From an uncultured archaeon (lineage in GTDB: Archaea > Aenigmatarchaeota > Aenigmatarchaeia > QMZP01 > JAFGSV01), in the NCBI GenBank assembly GCA_964559215.1, contig CAZLFZ010000002.1, forward strand, positions 18,195-82,194: a DNA stretch of 64,000 bases, read 5' to 3'. The position numbers were made by a program, and so were the translations under genes. The notes under the pieces are model-generated. The model had not been told where the DNA came from. It saw only the letters and a list, made by a program, of their open reading frames with translations, and did no database searches. Below, one piece after another: positions 27,949 to 37,230 of this stretch; position 1 is the first letter of the stretch, and every line of letters begins with the position of its first letter.

Positions 27949-29523
27949 ATGCTAGAAAAACTCGAGGCTATCGTGAGGCAGGCCAAGAAAGCCGGGGACG
28001 CCGTCCAGGCGCAAAAGGGTGAAATAAGGATCGTATCGCACTACGACGCTGACGGCATAGCCAGTGCTGCCATAATGGTCAAGGCCCTGTTAAGGGCCGG
28101 GCTCAGGTTTCATCTTACCCTGGTGAAGCAGCTTGGCGAAAATACCCTGATATCCCTGGCGGAAGAAAAAAGGAATTTCATCGTCATGCTGGACCTGGGG
28201 TCAGGGCAGATAGAAATGATCAAGCAGCATTTGCCTGGCGCCGATGTAATCATAATCGACCATCACCAGCCAGAAGGCAGTCTCGAAGGTAGCAGAATAC
28301 TGCAGGTCAATCCAACGGATTTTGGCATAGAGGAAAACATATCAGGATCCGGGGTATCGTACATAGTGGCGAGGTCTTTGGGTCCCGCCAACAGGGACCT
28401 GGCAGGTATAGCGATTGTCGGAGCCATAGGAGACTCCCAGATAGGGTCCATAGGCGAGGAATGGGGCCTGTTTGGCCTGAACAGGGAAATCCTAAAGGAT
28501 GCGGTTGAGGCCAACAAGATTAAAGTCACAAAAGGCCTGAGAATCTGGGGCAGATACACCAGGCCCATACACAAAGCGCTTGAATATTCGGTGGAACCCT
28601 ACATACCCAACGTTAGCGGCTCGGAATCCGATGCTGTCCAGTTCATGCATGAGCTGGGCATCCCGCTCAAGAAAGAAAACGGTGAGTGGAGAACGTTGCG
28701 AGACTTGAGCGAGGACGAGCAGAAAAAACTGGCTTCGGGCATCATAGCAGAGAGGGTAAACGGCGGCCACCCGAACGCGGAATGGATTTTCGGCGATGTT
28801 TACGAGCTGCTCGACAAGGGAGGCGAATGCAGGGATGCCAACGAGTTCGCAACCGTGCTTAATGCATGCGGCAAGATGGGCAGGGGCTATCTGGGCGTTG
28901 AACTCTGCCTGAATGTCGCAAAGGCGTTCCTGGAAGTAAAATGGGTGCTCGAAAAGTACAGGAAATCCATTGGCGGCGCCATCCGATGGGTCTACGAACA
29001 GATAGAAAGGGGAAACGAAGATGTGGTAAGGAAAACCCCGAATGCATGGTACGTGCTGGCAGGCAGCAGAGTGAACGAGCACATCATATCAAACGTCATT
29101 AGCATAGTAGAGAAATCGGCAAACCCCGAAATACCTGTTTTTGCTTTTGCTGATTCGGCCGAGGGGGTGAAGGTTTCTGCAAGGGCCTGCAGCAAAGTGG
29201 TTGAAGGGGGGCTCAACCTAAAAAAGGTGGTGGCGAAAGCGGCAGATAAAGCAGGCGGTCAGGGAGGCGGACACAGCGGGGCTGCGGGAGCTACAATACC
29301 AGCAGGCAGCGAAGAAATTTTTATCAATGCTGTAGAGAGCAGCATATCACAGGGAAGGGAAACAAATAAAAGCTTGCCGGAAGAAAAGAATATAAAACCT
29401 GATTCAAATCATGTTAATTCGAGGGAGGAGACGGAACATGGCAGCACCGAAGAAGAAATTGAGCAAAAAAGCGGCGGAGAAGAAGTGGAAGGGAAAGGAC
29501 TGGTTCACTATTTTAGCTCCTGA
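27949..29523 (+). CDS. RecJ-like DHH phosphoesterase
   Basis: HYDADG, DLGSG, IDHH, GAIGD, GGGHSGAAG; conserved rps15-DHH-rps3ae neighbourhood. Confidence 0.92.
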   Translation: MLEKLEAIVRQAKKAGDAVQAQKGEIRIVSHYDADGIASAAIMVKALLRAGLRFHLTLVKQLGENTLISLAEEKRNFIVMLDLGSGQIEMIKQHLPGADVIIIDHHQPEGSLEGSRILQVNPTDFGIEENISGSGVSYIVARSLGPANRDLAGIAIVGAIGDSQIGSIGEEWGLFGLNREILKDAVEANKIKVTKGLRIWGRYTRPIHKALEYSVEPYIPNVSGSESDAVQFMHELGIPLKKENGEWRTLRDLSEDEQKKLASGIIAERVNGGHPNAEWIFGDVYELLDKGGECRDANEFATVLNACGKMGRGYLGVELCLNVAKAFLEVKWVLEKYRKSIGGAIRWVYEQIERGNEDVVRKTPNAWYVLAGSRVNEHIISNVISIVEKSANPEIPVFAFADSAEGVKVSARACSKVVEGGLNLKKVVAKAADKAGGQGGGHSGAAGATIPAGSEEIFINAVESSISQGRETNKSLPEEKNIKPDSNHVNSREETEHGSTEEEIEQKSGGEEVEGKGLVHYFSS

Positions 29524-30037
29524 TTGGCTGGGAACTATCAAGATAGCTGATACTCCGGCCACGGACTCCAAGTTGATTAAAGGCAGGGTATTTGAAATCC
29601 CTGTATCCGAGCTGACGAAAGACCAGTCAAAGTATTACACGAGGATCAGCTTAAAAGCGGAAAAGCCTCATGAGGGGAAAGTTCCAACCAAGTTCCATTC
29701 ATTTTTCTGCGTGAATGAATACGTAATGAGGATGGGCAGAAAAGGCCTGGGAAAGGTTGCTGTTTTTGCTAATGTGGAAACAAAGGACAAGTGGCAACTG
29801 CAAGTGAGCGTCGTTGCTGTCCTTAACAGGAGGGCAAATGCCGAAATAAAGAAAAGGGTCCGGGAATTCGTCTCCAAGCTTGTAGAATCAAAGGCTGTGG
29901 ATCTGAACCATGACGATTTCGTAAGGGCTGCCATGGCCGGTGTTTTTCAGATGAGGATAAAGAAGGGCGCCAGCAAGATATATCCGGTCCGGTTCGCTGA
30001 AGTGATAAAGATAGAGACGCTGAAAAGCGGGGAGTAG
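29438..30037 (+). CDS. rps3ae: 30S ribosomal protein eS1 (S3Ae)
   Basis: KWKGKDWFTILAP, GRVFE, KIYPVR; GGAGGAG RBS upstream of ATG 29438. Confidence 0.92.
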   Translation: MAAPKKKLSKKAAEKKWKGKDWFTILAPDWLGTIKIADTPATDSKLIKGRVFEIPVSELTKDQSKYYTRISLKAEKPHEGKVPTKFHSFFCVNEYVMRMGRKGLGKVAVFANVETKDKWQLQVSVVAVLNRRANAEIKKRVREFVSKLVESKAVDLNHDDFVRAAMAGVFQMRIKKGASKIYPVRFAEVIKIETLKSGE

Positions 30038-30046
30038 TCCTTTGCT

Positions 30047-31378
30047 TTACCGGTATTTCTTCCCAGAACTGCCATATTGCTTAACCAAGCCGCTCATGGA
30101 CGTGATGTCCAAGACGTCTTCATTTTCACCAAGATAGTTGCCGGAAAACTTGCCGTAATCGCTTTTTCTCTCGGCCCTTTTCCCTTCGGTTACTGGTTCA
30201 TCGGATATCAAAGGTCCGGAAATATTTCTTCCCACACTTTCCATATGGGAGTCTGAAAGATTCACCGGAGCCTGTCCTGATGAGGATGCCCTGAACTTCC
30301 AAAGAAGACGGCCATCCGTAGTGACAGCGTAAAGGCAGCAATCCCAAGAACCGAAGTAAATGACGTTTCTGCTGAGAAAGGGTGAAGAAGATGCAACCCC
30401 CTGGGTCTTGAATTTCCAGACGAGTTTCCCTTCTATATTTAAGGCGTAAAGATTTTCATCGCATGAGCACAAGTATATCATCTTTTCCGTTATAACAGGA
30501 TAACCATAGATTATGTTTCTTGTTCGAAATTTCCATACAAATTGTCCGCTAAGAGCGTTCAGCTTGTACAGGTTATGATCAGAACATCCAAAATAAACAC
30601 TGTTTTCATGTACGACGGGTTTTGATGCAACGGGACCGCTCGTTCTGAATTTCCACAAGAGATTTCCGTCGGGGGAGAGGGCATAAAGATTTCTGTCAGT
30701 TGAGGGGAGATAGATGATGCCATTGCACGTCTCCACAGGCTCTACGATGAAATCGTTTGTTTTGAATTTCCACAGCAGCCTGCCTTGCTCTGTCACAGCG
30801 TACAGGTTTTTGTCAAAGGAACCGAAGTATATGTTGCCGTCGGCCCAGGCAGGGGAAGGCGATACGGCACCGTGCGTCCAGAATTTCCAGATCAATTTCC
30901 CATTATCCGCATCCACCGCGTACATATTCTGGTCCCTGGAGCCGAAATACACAACGCCGTTTTTGATCATGGGTGTGGAATTGACCATGTCCCTGGTCTT
31001 GAACTTCCACAGCAAATCTCCGTTCATATCCAGGCAGTACAGGAAGTGATCATAAGAGCCGAAATAGATCTTATTGTCATGAATCGTGCAGGACCTGCCG
31101 ACGCACACAGGGCCGTCTGTCCTGACTTTCCACTTGAGATTCCCTGTCTCAGCATCCACGGCATAGAAATTCTTGTCGCATGCCCCGAAGTATACCATTC
31201 CATTAAGCACAACGGGATTCGAGCAAATACTGCCTCCCTCCCCAATCCTGAATATGGCGTCCCTTTCGGTTTCCCGCAACACCGCCAAAACGTCGAACAT
31301 CCCCAGTTCCTTGGCTAGTGACCGGTCTACGAAATCGCTGCCATTAGCTTCAAATACGGAATCAATGTACCTCGGCAT
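30047..31378 (-). CDS. PQQ-like/BamB beta-propeller repeat protein
   Basis: Eight repeats of YFGSxDxNLYA...G.L.WKF.T. Confidence 0.9.
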   Translation of the reverse strand: MPRYIDSVFEANGSDFVDRSLAKELGMFDVLAVLRETERDAIFRIGEGGSICSNPVVLNGMVYFGACDKNFYAVDAETGNLKWKVRTDGPVCVGRSCTIHDNKIYFGSYDHFLYCLDMNGDLLWKFKTRDMVNSTPMIKNGVVYFGSRDQNMYAVDADNGKLIWKFWTHGAVSPSPAWADGNIYFGSFDKNLYAVTEQGRLLWKFKTNDFIVEPVETCNGIIYLPSTDRNLYALSPDGNLLWKFRTSGPVASKPVVHENSVYFGCSDHNLYKLNALSGQFVWKFRTRNIIYGYPVITEKMIYLCSCDENLYALNIEGKLVWKFKTQGVASSSPFLSRNVIYFGSWDCCLYAVTTDGRLLWKFRASSSGQAPVNLSDSHMESVGRNISGPLISDEPVTEGKRAERKSDYGKFSGNYLGENEDVLDITSMSGLVKQYGSSGKKYR

Positions 31379-31465
31379 GTTTGATAATCCCCCTAAGAAC
31401 GTTATTAAATTTATTTCCCCTGTACAGGGTATATATTTAAAAAGATAAAGACGGGAAATAACAGT

Positions 31466-32236
31466 ATGGAAGCTGAAAAATTGGTCAGACTCGGCCTGAC
31501 CGGGGGGGAAGCGTCCGTTTACCTTGCCTTGCTTGAATCCGGGTCCTCGACGGTGGGACCCGTAGTGAAAAAATCTGGTGTTGCGTATTCAAATGTCTAC
31601 GAAATCCTGCAAAGGCTGACGAAGAAGGGCCTCGTCAGCTTCATAGTGAAATCAAAGACCAGGTATTTCCAGGCGGCCGAACCGACGAGGCTCCATGATT
31701 ACCTCGAGCGCAAAGAAAGGGAAATCAGACTGGAAAGGAAACTGGTTGAGCGTCTGATACCAGAGTTGTCAGGGCTTTCCAGGCTTAAAGGGAAAAAACT
31801 CGAAGCGGAGGTGTTCACTGGTTTTAAGGGGATGAACACCGCTTACGAAAAAATAATGGCCGACTACAGCCCTGATTATGATTACGCATTTTTCTACGGA
31901 CCTGGCAGTGAAAATGTGACGAAGGTTGACAGGTTTTTTCTGAATTTTGAAAAAAGGGTTTACATCAAACTTGGCGTCATAATGAGAGGCATTGTCAGCA
32001 AAGATTATTACCTGAGCTCCACGTTTATTAAAAAATCCAAGCTGTTAAAGTCCAAAGTTTGGGAAATCGGGTACGTCGATTTTCCTGTTCCGGGCAATAT
32101 CGACGTATACAAGGACAGGTTGCTGATAGCATCCTGGTCGGGCCCGATGATCGCGGTGCTGATCCATTCGAATGATATCGCTGAAGGCTTCATGGAATAC
32201 TTTAAATCGGTCTGGAAAATCGCGAAGAAATGTTAA
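31466..32236 (+). CDS. TrmB-family transcriptional regulator
   Basis: LGLTGGEASVYLALL, VYEILQRLTKKGLV; PLD-like C-terminal domain. Confidence 0.88.
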   Translation: MEAEKLVRLGLTGGEASVYLALLESGSSTVGPVVKKSGVAYSNVYEILQRLTKKGLVSFIVKSKTRYFQAAEPTRLHDYLERKEREIRLERKLVERLIPELSGLSRLKGKKLEAEVFTGFKGMNTAYEKIMADYSPDYDYAFFYGPGSENVTKVDRFFLNFEKRVYIKLGVIMRGIVSKDYYLSSTFIKKSKLLKSKVWEIGYVDFPVPGNIDVYKDRLLIASWSGPMIAVLIHSNDIAEGFMEYFKSVWKIAKKC

Positions 32237-32265
32237 TCTAAAGGAACTTCAATCTAAAAGCATGT

Positions 32266-32463
32266 TTAGTGCCCTTTCGTCGCGACTGCTACCGATATCC
32301 AGCAGAGCCCCGCAAGCAGAAAGAGAACAAGAGAAGCCAACAAAGCGATAGAATAGGAAATATCGGTAACACCGATTGTAAGCTCGAGGTTGCTCGTTAT
32401 CCAAGTGCCTGCAAGCAACAGCAGGCCGCCGATAATCCATACAAGGACCAGTTTCACTTCCAT
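32266..32463 (-). CDS. Small 2-TM hypothetical protein
   Basis: Hydrophobic ORF co-oriented downstream of rpoD. Confidence 0.6.
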   Translation of the reverse strand: MEVKLVLVWIIGGLLLLAGTWITSNLELTIGVTDISYSIALLASLVLFLLAGLCWISVAVATKGH

Positions 32464-32485
32464 CTAAAAGAATGAGGGAAAAGTT

Positions 32486-33274
32486 TTAAATCTTTTCCAG
32501 TTTTTTCTTGAATTCTTCCGCCCTGCTCTGCAATATCTCAACTGCCTTGCTTACGATGTATCCTGGCTCAAGTCCCGATATGGATTCCACCCTGAATATG
32601 ATCTTGCTCTCGTCGCCCTTGAGTTCCACGCCCTTGGCATTCTCCATGCAGCTCCTGCACAGGTCGCACTTTGTCGGGTCTTTAAGAACGAGTTTGCTCC
32701 CTTTCATGGCCAGGATGCCCTTGGGGCAGGCCTTGATGGCATTTTTCATATCGGTTTTGCTTCCCTTGGCCGTAATCTGCGGGTAGTACTGGTAGCTGGC
32801 ATTCGCCGCTTGATGCTTAGCATGGCTGGTTCCAAGTCCCAGCCTTGCCACGGCTTCTAGGCGCACGCTATGTCCCTCCAGCAGATCCACTATGGGTATG
32901 TTGGGGTCGATGGAAGCGACTTTTTTGTCCGATGAGACGAGATCGCCGGAGACCGCCAGTCCGGGGCCCTTTTTGTCAAGAACAAAAACAACCTGGCATA
33001 AAGGACAACCCTTTCCCTTGCATTCGCAATCGTCGGTGAAATTGAATTTATTCGGATCGAATTTCAATGGGATAAGGCCAAGCCTGTGGGACAAGACCTC
33101 GTCGAACAATGCCGAATTGTTCTCGTGGATGTCCGCCCATTGCACGGCCAGTGTGGGCACCTCGGATATCATTATCCTTCTGAGGCTGTTTGCAAACGCC
33201 GGGTCGGTGCCTTCCAGCAGGAATTGCAGCTTCGCCCCTTTCTTGCTGAGAATCTTTACTTTCAGTCGAATCAC
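32486..33274 (-). CDS. rpoD: RNA polymerase subunit D (Rpo3) with Fe-S domain
   Basis: FANSLRR, DEVLSHRLGLIP, HAKH, ACP...CDLCRSC. Confidence 0.96.
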   Translation of the reverse strand: MIRLKVKILSKKGAKLQFLLEGTDPAFANSLRRIMISEVPTLAVQWADIHENNSALFDEVLSHRLGLIPLKFDPNKFNFTDDCECKGKGCPLCQVVFVLDKKGPGLAVSGDLVSSDKKVASIDPNIPIVDLLEGHSVRLEAVARLGLGTSHAKHQAANASYQYYPQITAKGSKTDMKNAIKACPKGILAMKGSKLVLKDPTKCDLCRSCMENAKGVELKGDESKIIFRVESISGLEPGYIVSKAVEILQSRAEEFKKKLEKI

Positions 33275-33376
33275 CTTTGGACCTCGGGAAATACATTAAA
33301 TTAAATATCTTATATATAAACTTTATTAGTTTTAAAACTTTAGACCCAATAACAATTTAAACATTGCGTAAATGTT

Positions 33377-33599
33377 GCGGGGGTACCCGAGTGGTCAAAG
33401 GGGCACGATTCCAATAATCGCGGTTATTGGGATGCCAAGCTAAGGACCGTGTGGCTTAGTACATGCGTTGGGTGATGCCCAACGACTGTGTAAGATGCCT
33501 TCCTGGGTTCGAATGCCCGCTTTTTCCAGGAGCTGCCGCGTCCCCTTAAAAGTGGGCGAGCAAAAATGGAAAAGCAGGCTGGGAATCCCAGCCCCCGCA
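33377..33599 (+). tRNA. tRNA-Leu(AAG) with three BHB introns (33408-33438 at 30/31; 33461-33496 in the variable arm; 33514-33585 at 59/60); mature 84 nt
   Basis: GCGGGGG/CCCCCGC acceptor stem, A73, long variable arm; central helices GGCA/TGCC, CTTA/TAAG and TTCG/TGGG (weak, G-U rich) with 3-nt bulges. Confidence 0.9.
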
Positions 33600-33852
33600 T
33601 ATCATTTCTTTTGTTTGTGCGAGATTATTGAACTATTGAACCCGAAATGCGGAATGAAAGGCAAAATTTTGATCCGTTAAAGTAGATGAGATTATGATTA
33701 TCCTATCGAGTTCAGTGACACACAGCAATAATTTGAGCAGAAAACGATGCCGCGCGATTATGTTTACGGGAATGCTGGAAAGAAATTACGCCACAAGAAT
33801 CGCGTTATAACAGCAAATGAAATTATTTAACCGTCTCGAACCAATTAGATTT

Positions 33853-35460
33853 ATGGACTGGTACTTGGTTTCGGTTCTGGTTTTCGTCGCGATTCTTGCC
33901 GCGCTTGTCTATCGGGACAGGCGAAAATTCACCAGAGAGTCGATTTTTCTGTTGAGAAGAACCAAGAGGGGCAGGGGGTTGATTATAAAATTGGGCACCA
34001 GGTTCCCAAGAGGCTGGCGTCTCGTTGGCTACGTGTCTGTCGCCACGGGCTTCATAGTCTCTGTGCTTGGCCTGAAGATGCTTGCTGACAACGTTGTAAA
34101 GGCTTTCGTATCCAAGGCGGCCGCCCCGAGCCTGGCCTTGCTCTTGCCTTCTCCGACCTCCCAGGCCGTATGGGGCTACGGCTTCCTCGCTGTGCCATTC
34201 TGGTACTGGATAATATGCCTGGCGCTGCTGGTCCTGGTGCACGAAGGCCTGCACGGCGTTTTTGCGGCAAGAGAACAGGTCAGGATAAAGTCACTGGGAT
34301 TCGGAATACTTGCGGTTATCCCCCTTGCCTTCGTGGAACCTGACGAGCGTCAGCTGGAGAAAAAGGGTGTCTGGCCCCAGCTGAGGGTTTTCTCTGCAGG
34401 CTCCTTCGCGAATTTCATGCTCGCTGGTCTTACGTTTCTGATTATCATATGGATGTCCAATGCCATATTTAGCGCGTCCGGGGTGGATTTTGGTTCCATG
34501 GGCAATCCTCCATACCCAGCTGCCCAGATAGAAATGCTCGACGTGGAAAAAATCGGCGACTATTCCGTGCATTCGATAGACGACATCAAAAACAGTCTGG
34601 CGATGTTTGGCGAAAACGACACCATAGAGATAAAAACAGCGAACAACACCTTTTATCTGCGCAAGTCCCTCTTTGTCATCCAGATGAACGAAAGTCAGGG
34701 GAAATTAATAGTGTTCGAGGACTACCCTGCCGTCAGGGCCGGCCTGGAAGGCACCATAATCAAAATAGATGATCACGATATAAAAGACTACCTGGACCTT
34801 TCGCTCGCCTTGGAGAAAACAGGTCCCGGTCAGCCTGTAACGGTTGTGACCAAAGTTGACGATGAGGAACACGTATCTACTCTCACCCCTATTATAAAGC
34901 CCTTGCCCCCCCCTTACGAGCCTGACGCCTGGATTCATTTTTTTGGTGTGATGGAGCATGCAATACCGGGCACCATAGAATTTTATCATTCTGCTGGCGA
35001 AGCATGGGCAGGATTGGTGGGTCAGAGGACAGGGATAACATGGGACCATATCCAGTACAAGATGGGTTTGTGGGAATGGGTTTCCAGCAACTACCCTCTT
35101 CTCGAGGGCAGGGCCGACCTGGAAATGGACCGCCTGCGGGCGATGCTCGAGTCCCACCCAAGGCCGGGCTTCATAGGCATAACAGGTGTGACTAGTAACT
35201 ACGAATTGAAGGCAAGCCTTGAGCCCGCAAGACCGCCCTTAGAGTTCATCGAGGGTCTGCTCTTCTTCTTGTTCATGATAAATCTGGGAGTCGGTATCGT
35301 AAACTTGCTGCCTATCAAGCCTCTGGACGGCGGCAGGATGTGGGACGTGGTTTTGCATAGGTATGTCCCGAGATATTCCAAGAGAATAATTAAAGCATTG
35401 GGGATTTTCACCTTGCTCCTGCTCGTAGCAAACTTCATCCCTTTCGGCGCTTTGCTTTAA
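33853..35460 (+). CDS. Site-2 protease (peptidase M50) with PDZ-like insert
   Basis: HEGLH, AFVEPDE, AGSFAN, NLLPIKPLDGG. Confidence 0.92.
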   Translation: MDWYLVSVLVFVAILAALVYRDRRKFTRESIFLLRRTKRGRGLIIKLGTRFPRGWRLVGYVSVATGFIVSVLGLKMLADNVVKAFVSKAAAPSLALLLPSPTSQAVWGYGFLAVPFWYWIICLALLVLVHEGLHGVFAAREQVRIKSLGFGILAVIPLAFVEPDERQLEKKGVWPQLRVFSAGSFANFMLAGLTFLIIIWMSNAIFSASGVDFGSMGNPPYPAAQIEMLDVEKIGDYSVHSIDDIKNSLAMFGENDTIEIKTANNTFYLRKSLFVIQMNESQGKLIVFEDYPAVRAGLEGTIIKIDDHDIKDYLDLSLALEKTGPGQPVTVVTKVDDEEHVSTLTPIIKPLPPPYEPDAWIHFFGVMEHAIPGTIEFYHSAGEAWAGLVGQRTGITWDHIQYKMGLWEWVSSNYPLLEGRADLEMDRLRAMLESHPRPGFIGITGVTSNYELKASLEPARPPLEFIEGLLFFLFMINLGVGIVNLLPIKPLDGGRMWDVVLHRYVPRYSKRIIKALGIFTLLLLVANFIPFGALL

Positions 35461-35485
35461 ATTCGGGTGAAAACAAGAAATTCAT

Positions 35486-36487
35486 ATGAATGCGCTTTTT
35501 TCCTTGGCTTTTTGCCTGGTCTTGTCATTCGCATTCGTTGCGCTGTTTAAAAGGTTCCGCATCTCCGCCGTATTGGGCATGATCGTTGCGGGGATCATCG
35601 CGGGCCTTGGCTTTTTCAGGATCACCTTCCTGGAACCCAACATCGACCTTATTCTAAGCCTCGGGGACGTAGGCCTTTTGTCCATAATGTTCCTTGCTGG
35701 AATGGAGATATCGTGGAGCATGCTGTACAAAGAAAAAGGGGATGCTGCCTTGGTTGCGCTTTTCTCGGCCACGATACCTTTTCTTTTGGGATTTCTGACA
35801 TTCATGCTCCTTGGCTTCGGCTTGCAGGTTTCCCTTTTCGTGGGAATATGCATGAGCATAACCGCAGAGGCCACGAAAGCCAAGGTGCTGGTGGAAATGA
35901 AAAAGCTGCGTACAAAGATAGGCTCGCTCATGATGGGCGTGGGCATTCTGGACGACATCTTCGGATTGGGTCTCTTCATATTGCTTGGTTATTTCTTCTC
36001 TGCCGGCTTTGCCGTGAAAGAGGCCATGGTGCTGTCCGGTGCTGTTCTGGCTTTCTTTGGTGGGGTTTTCGTTCACAAGCAGATAGGCAGAACGAAAAAG
36101 AAAATCACCGAGCTGGAAAAAATCCTCTTTTACTTCGTTTCCCCCTTCTTTTACGTGGCAATGGGGATAAACTTCAGTGCCTTGTCGATAATCCTTGAGC
36201 CGAGCCTGCTGTTAATAATCATAATCGTTGCCTTTCTGGGCAAAATGTCAGGAACAATGCTTACAATGCCCTTCACAAAACTCAAGGTGAAACAGCTATA
36301 TCTTATGGGGTTGGGGATGAACAGCAGAGGCGCCGTCGAGCTGGCACTGGCCTTCATGGCATTCAGGGCGGGTTTCTTGCCCGTCGGTGTTTATTCCGGC
36401 TTGATCGTAATGGCCTTGATCACGACCCTGCTTTTCCCGCTTTTCTTTAACAGACTTGTCAGCAAGAATCCAAGGATCATGGACTGA
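35486..36487 (+). CDS. Cation:proton antiporter (CPA2 family)
   Basis: MFLAGME, ILDDI, GK, GMNSRG. Confidence 0.88.
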   Translation: MNALFSLAFCLVLSFAFVALFKRFRISAVLGMIVAGIIAGLGFFRITFLEPNIDLILSLGDVGLLSIMFLAGMEISWSMLYKEKGDAALVALFSATIPFLLGFLTFMLLGFGLQVSLFVGICMSITAEATKAKVLVEMKKLRTKIGSLMMGVGILDDIFGLGLFILLGYFFSAGFAVKEAMVLSGAVLAFFGGVFVHKQIGRTKKKITELEKILFYFVSPFFYVAMGINFSALSIILEPSLLLIIIIVAFLGKMSGTMLTMPFTKLKVKQLYLMGLGMNSRGAVELALAFMAFRAGFLPVGVYSGLIVMALITTLLFPLFFNRLVSKNPRIMD

Positions 36488-36589
36488 TCCCTGATATTCT
36501 GACGGCTAAACTAACGTCTGAACAAACTAGAAAATAAAATAAAAATTCTACATAAAAAAATTCTCAGCTTTCTCTGGTATCCGGGTATT

Positions 36590-36817
36590 TTACAACTCTT
36601 TTATCTGCTTCGCGACAAACTCCCTTATTTGAGCATCGTCAGGTATCGCTATGTTCCTCTTAAACCTCTTGCTCCCGTCAGGGAGATAGAAGCCCCTGGA
36701 AAGAGATATGAACTCGTTATCCCCTTCCTCTGTTACCGCTTTCTTTCTGGCGATCTCCAAAAAGTTGTTCTTGCCGAATTTAACTTCTTCTGCCTTTATC
36801 GTCTGGAATTCTACCAT
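36590..36817 (-). CDS. Small conserved hypothetical protein (possibly PC4-like fold)
   Basis: GGAGG RBS; EFISLSRGFYLPDG beta-strand pattern. Confidence 0.75.
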   Translation of the reverse strand: MVEFQTIKAEEVKFGKNNFLEIARKKAVTEEGDNEFISLSRGFYLPDGSKRFKRNIAIPDDAQIREFVAKQIKEL

Positions 36818-36903
36818 TTCAAGACCTCCATGGTGTTTATTTGTATTTGGAGATTAGCACAGCAATTATATAAAGTTAACTGTTTAACTTGGAGAAAATT
36901 GTT

Positions 36904-37161
36904 TCAAGCAACCATTCTGTATATGTTAGCGGGTCTCTCTCCAGCGGGCATTGGGAATGGCCTCGCTTCCAAGAAATGGTTATCGACTAAAGTATCACAT
37001 GCAGCTTCAATAGCGTTTGCGCCTAATCTGCCAGCAGAAGGAGCTACATCATAATGACTGAAAAATCCACCTTCTTGATAACTCCTAGCAAGCACTTGGC
37101 CTATTTTTTCTCTGACTATACCTATTACATACAGCGCATCTTCAGCATTCGATCCTATCAT
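36904..37161 (-). CDS. Hypothetical protein
   Basis: ATG ORF filling the intergenic gap; no motif recognised. Confidence 0.4.
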   Translation of the reverse strand: MIGSNAEDALYVIGIVREKIGQVLARSYQEGGFFSHYDVAPSAGRLGANAIEAACDTLVDNHFLEARPFPMPAGERPANIYRMVA

Positions 37162-37230
37162 ATTATGAAGATGTTGTGTAAAACTTTTAAAAGTTGTTAT
37201 TGGAAAAATTTGCTATTTTATGGACTTGTT

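Noticed and set aside
29438..29523. 86-bp overlap of the DHH gene and rps3ae as programmed recoding
   Set aside because: More simply a run-on low-complexity tail; rps3ae has its own RBS
33468..33680. ORF overlapping tRNA-Leu (also 61773-61997 over tRNA-Arg)
   Set aside because: Spurious frames across tRNA exons and introns
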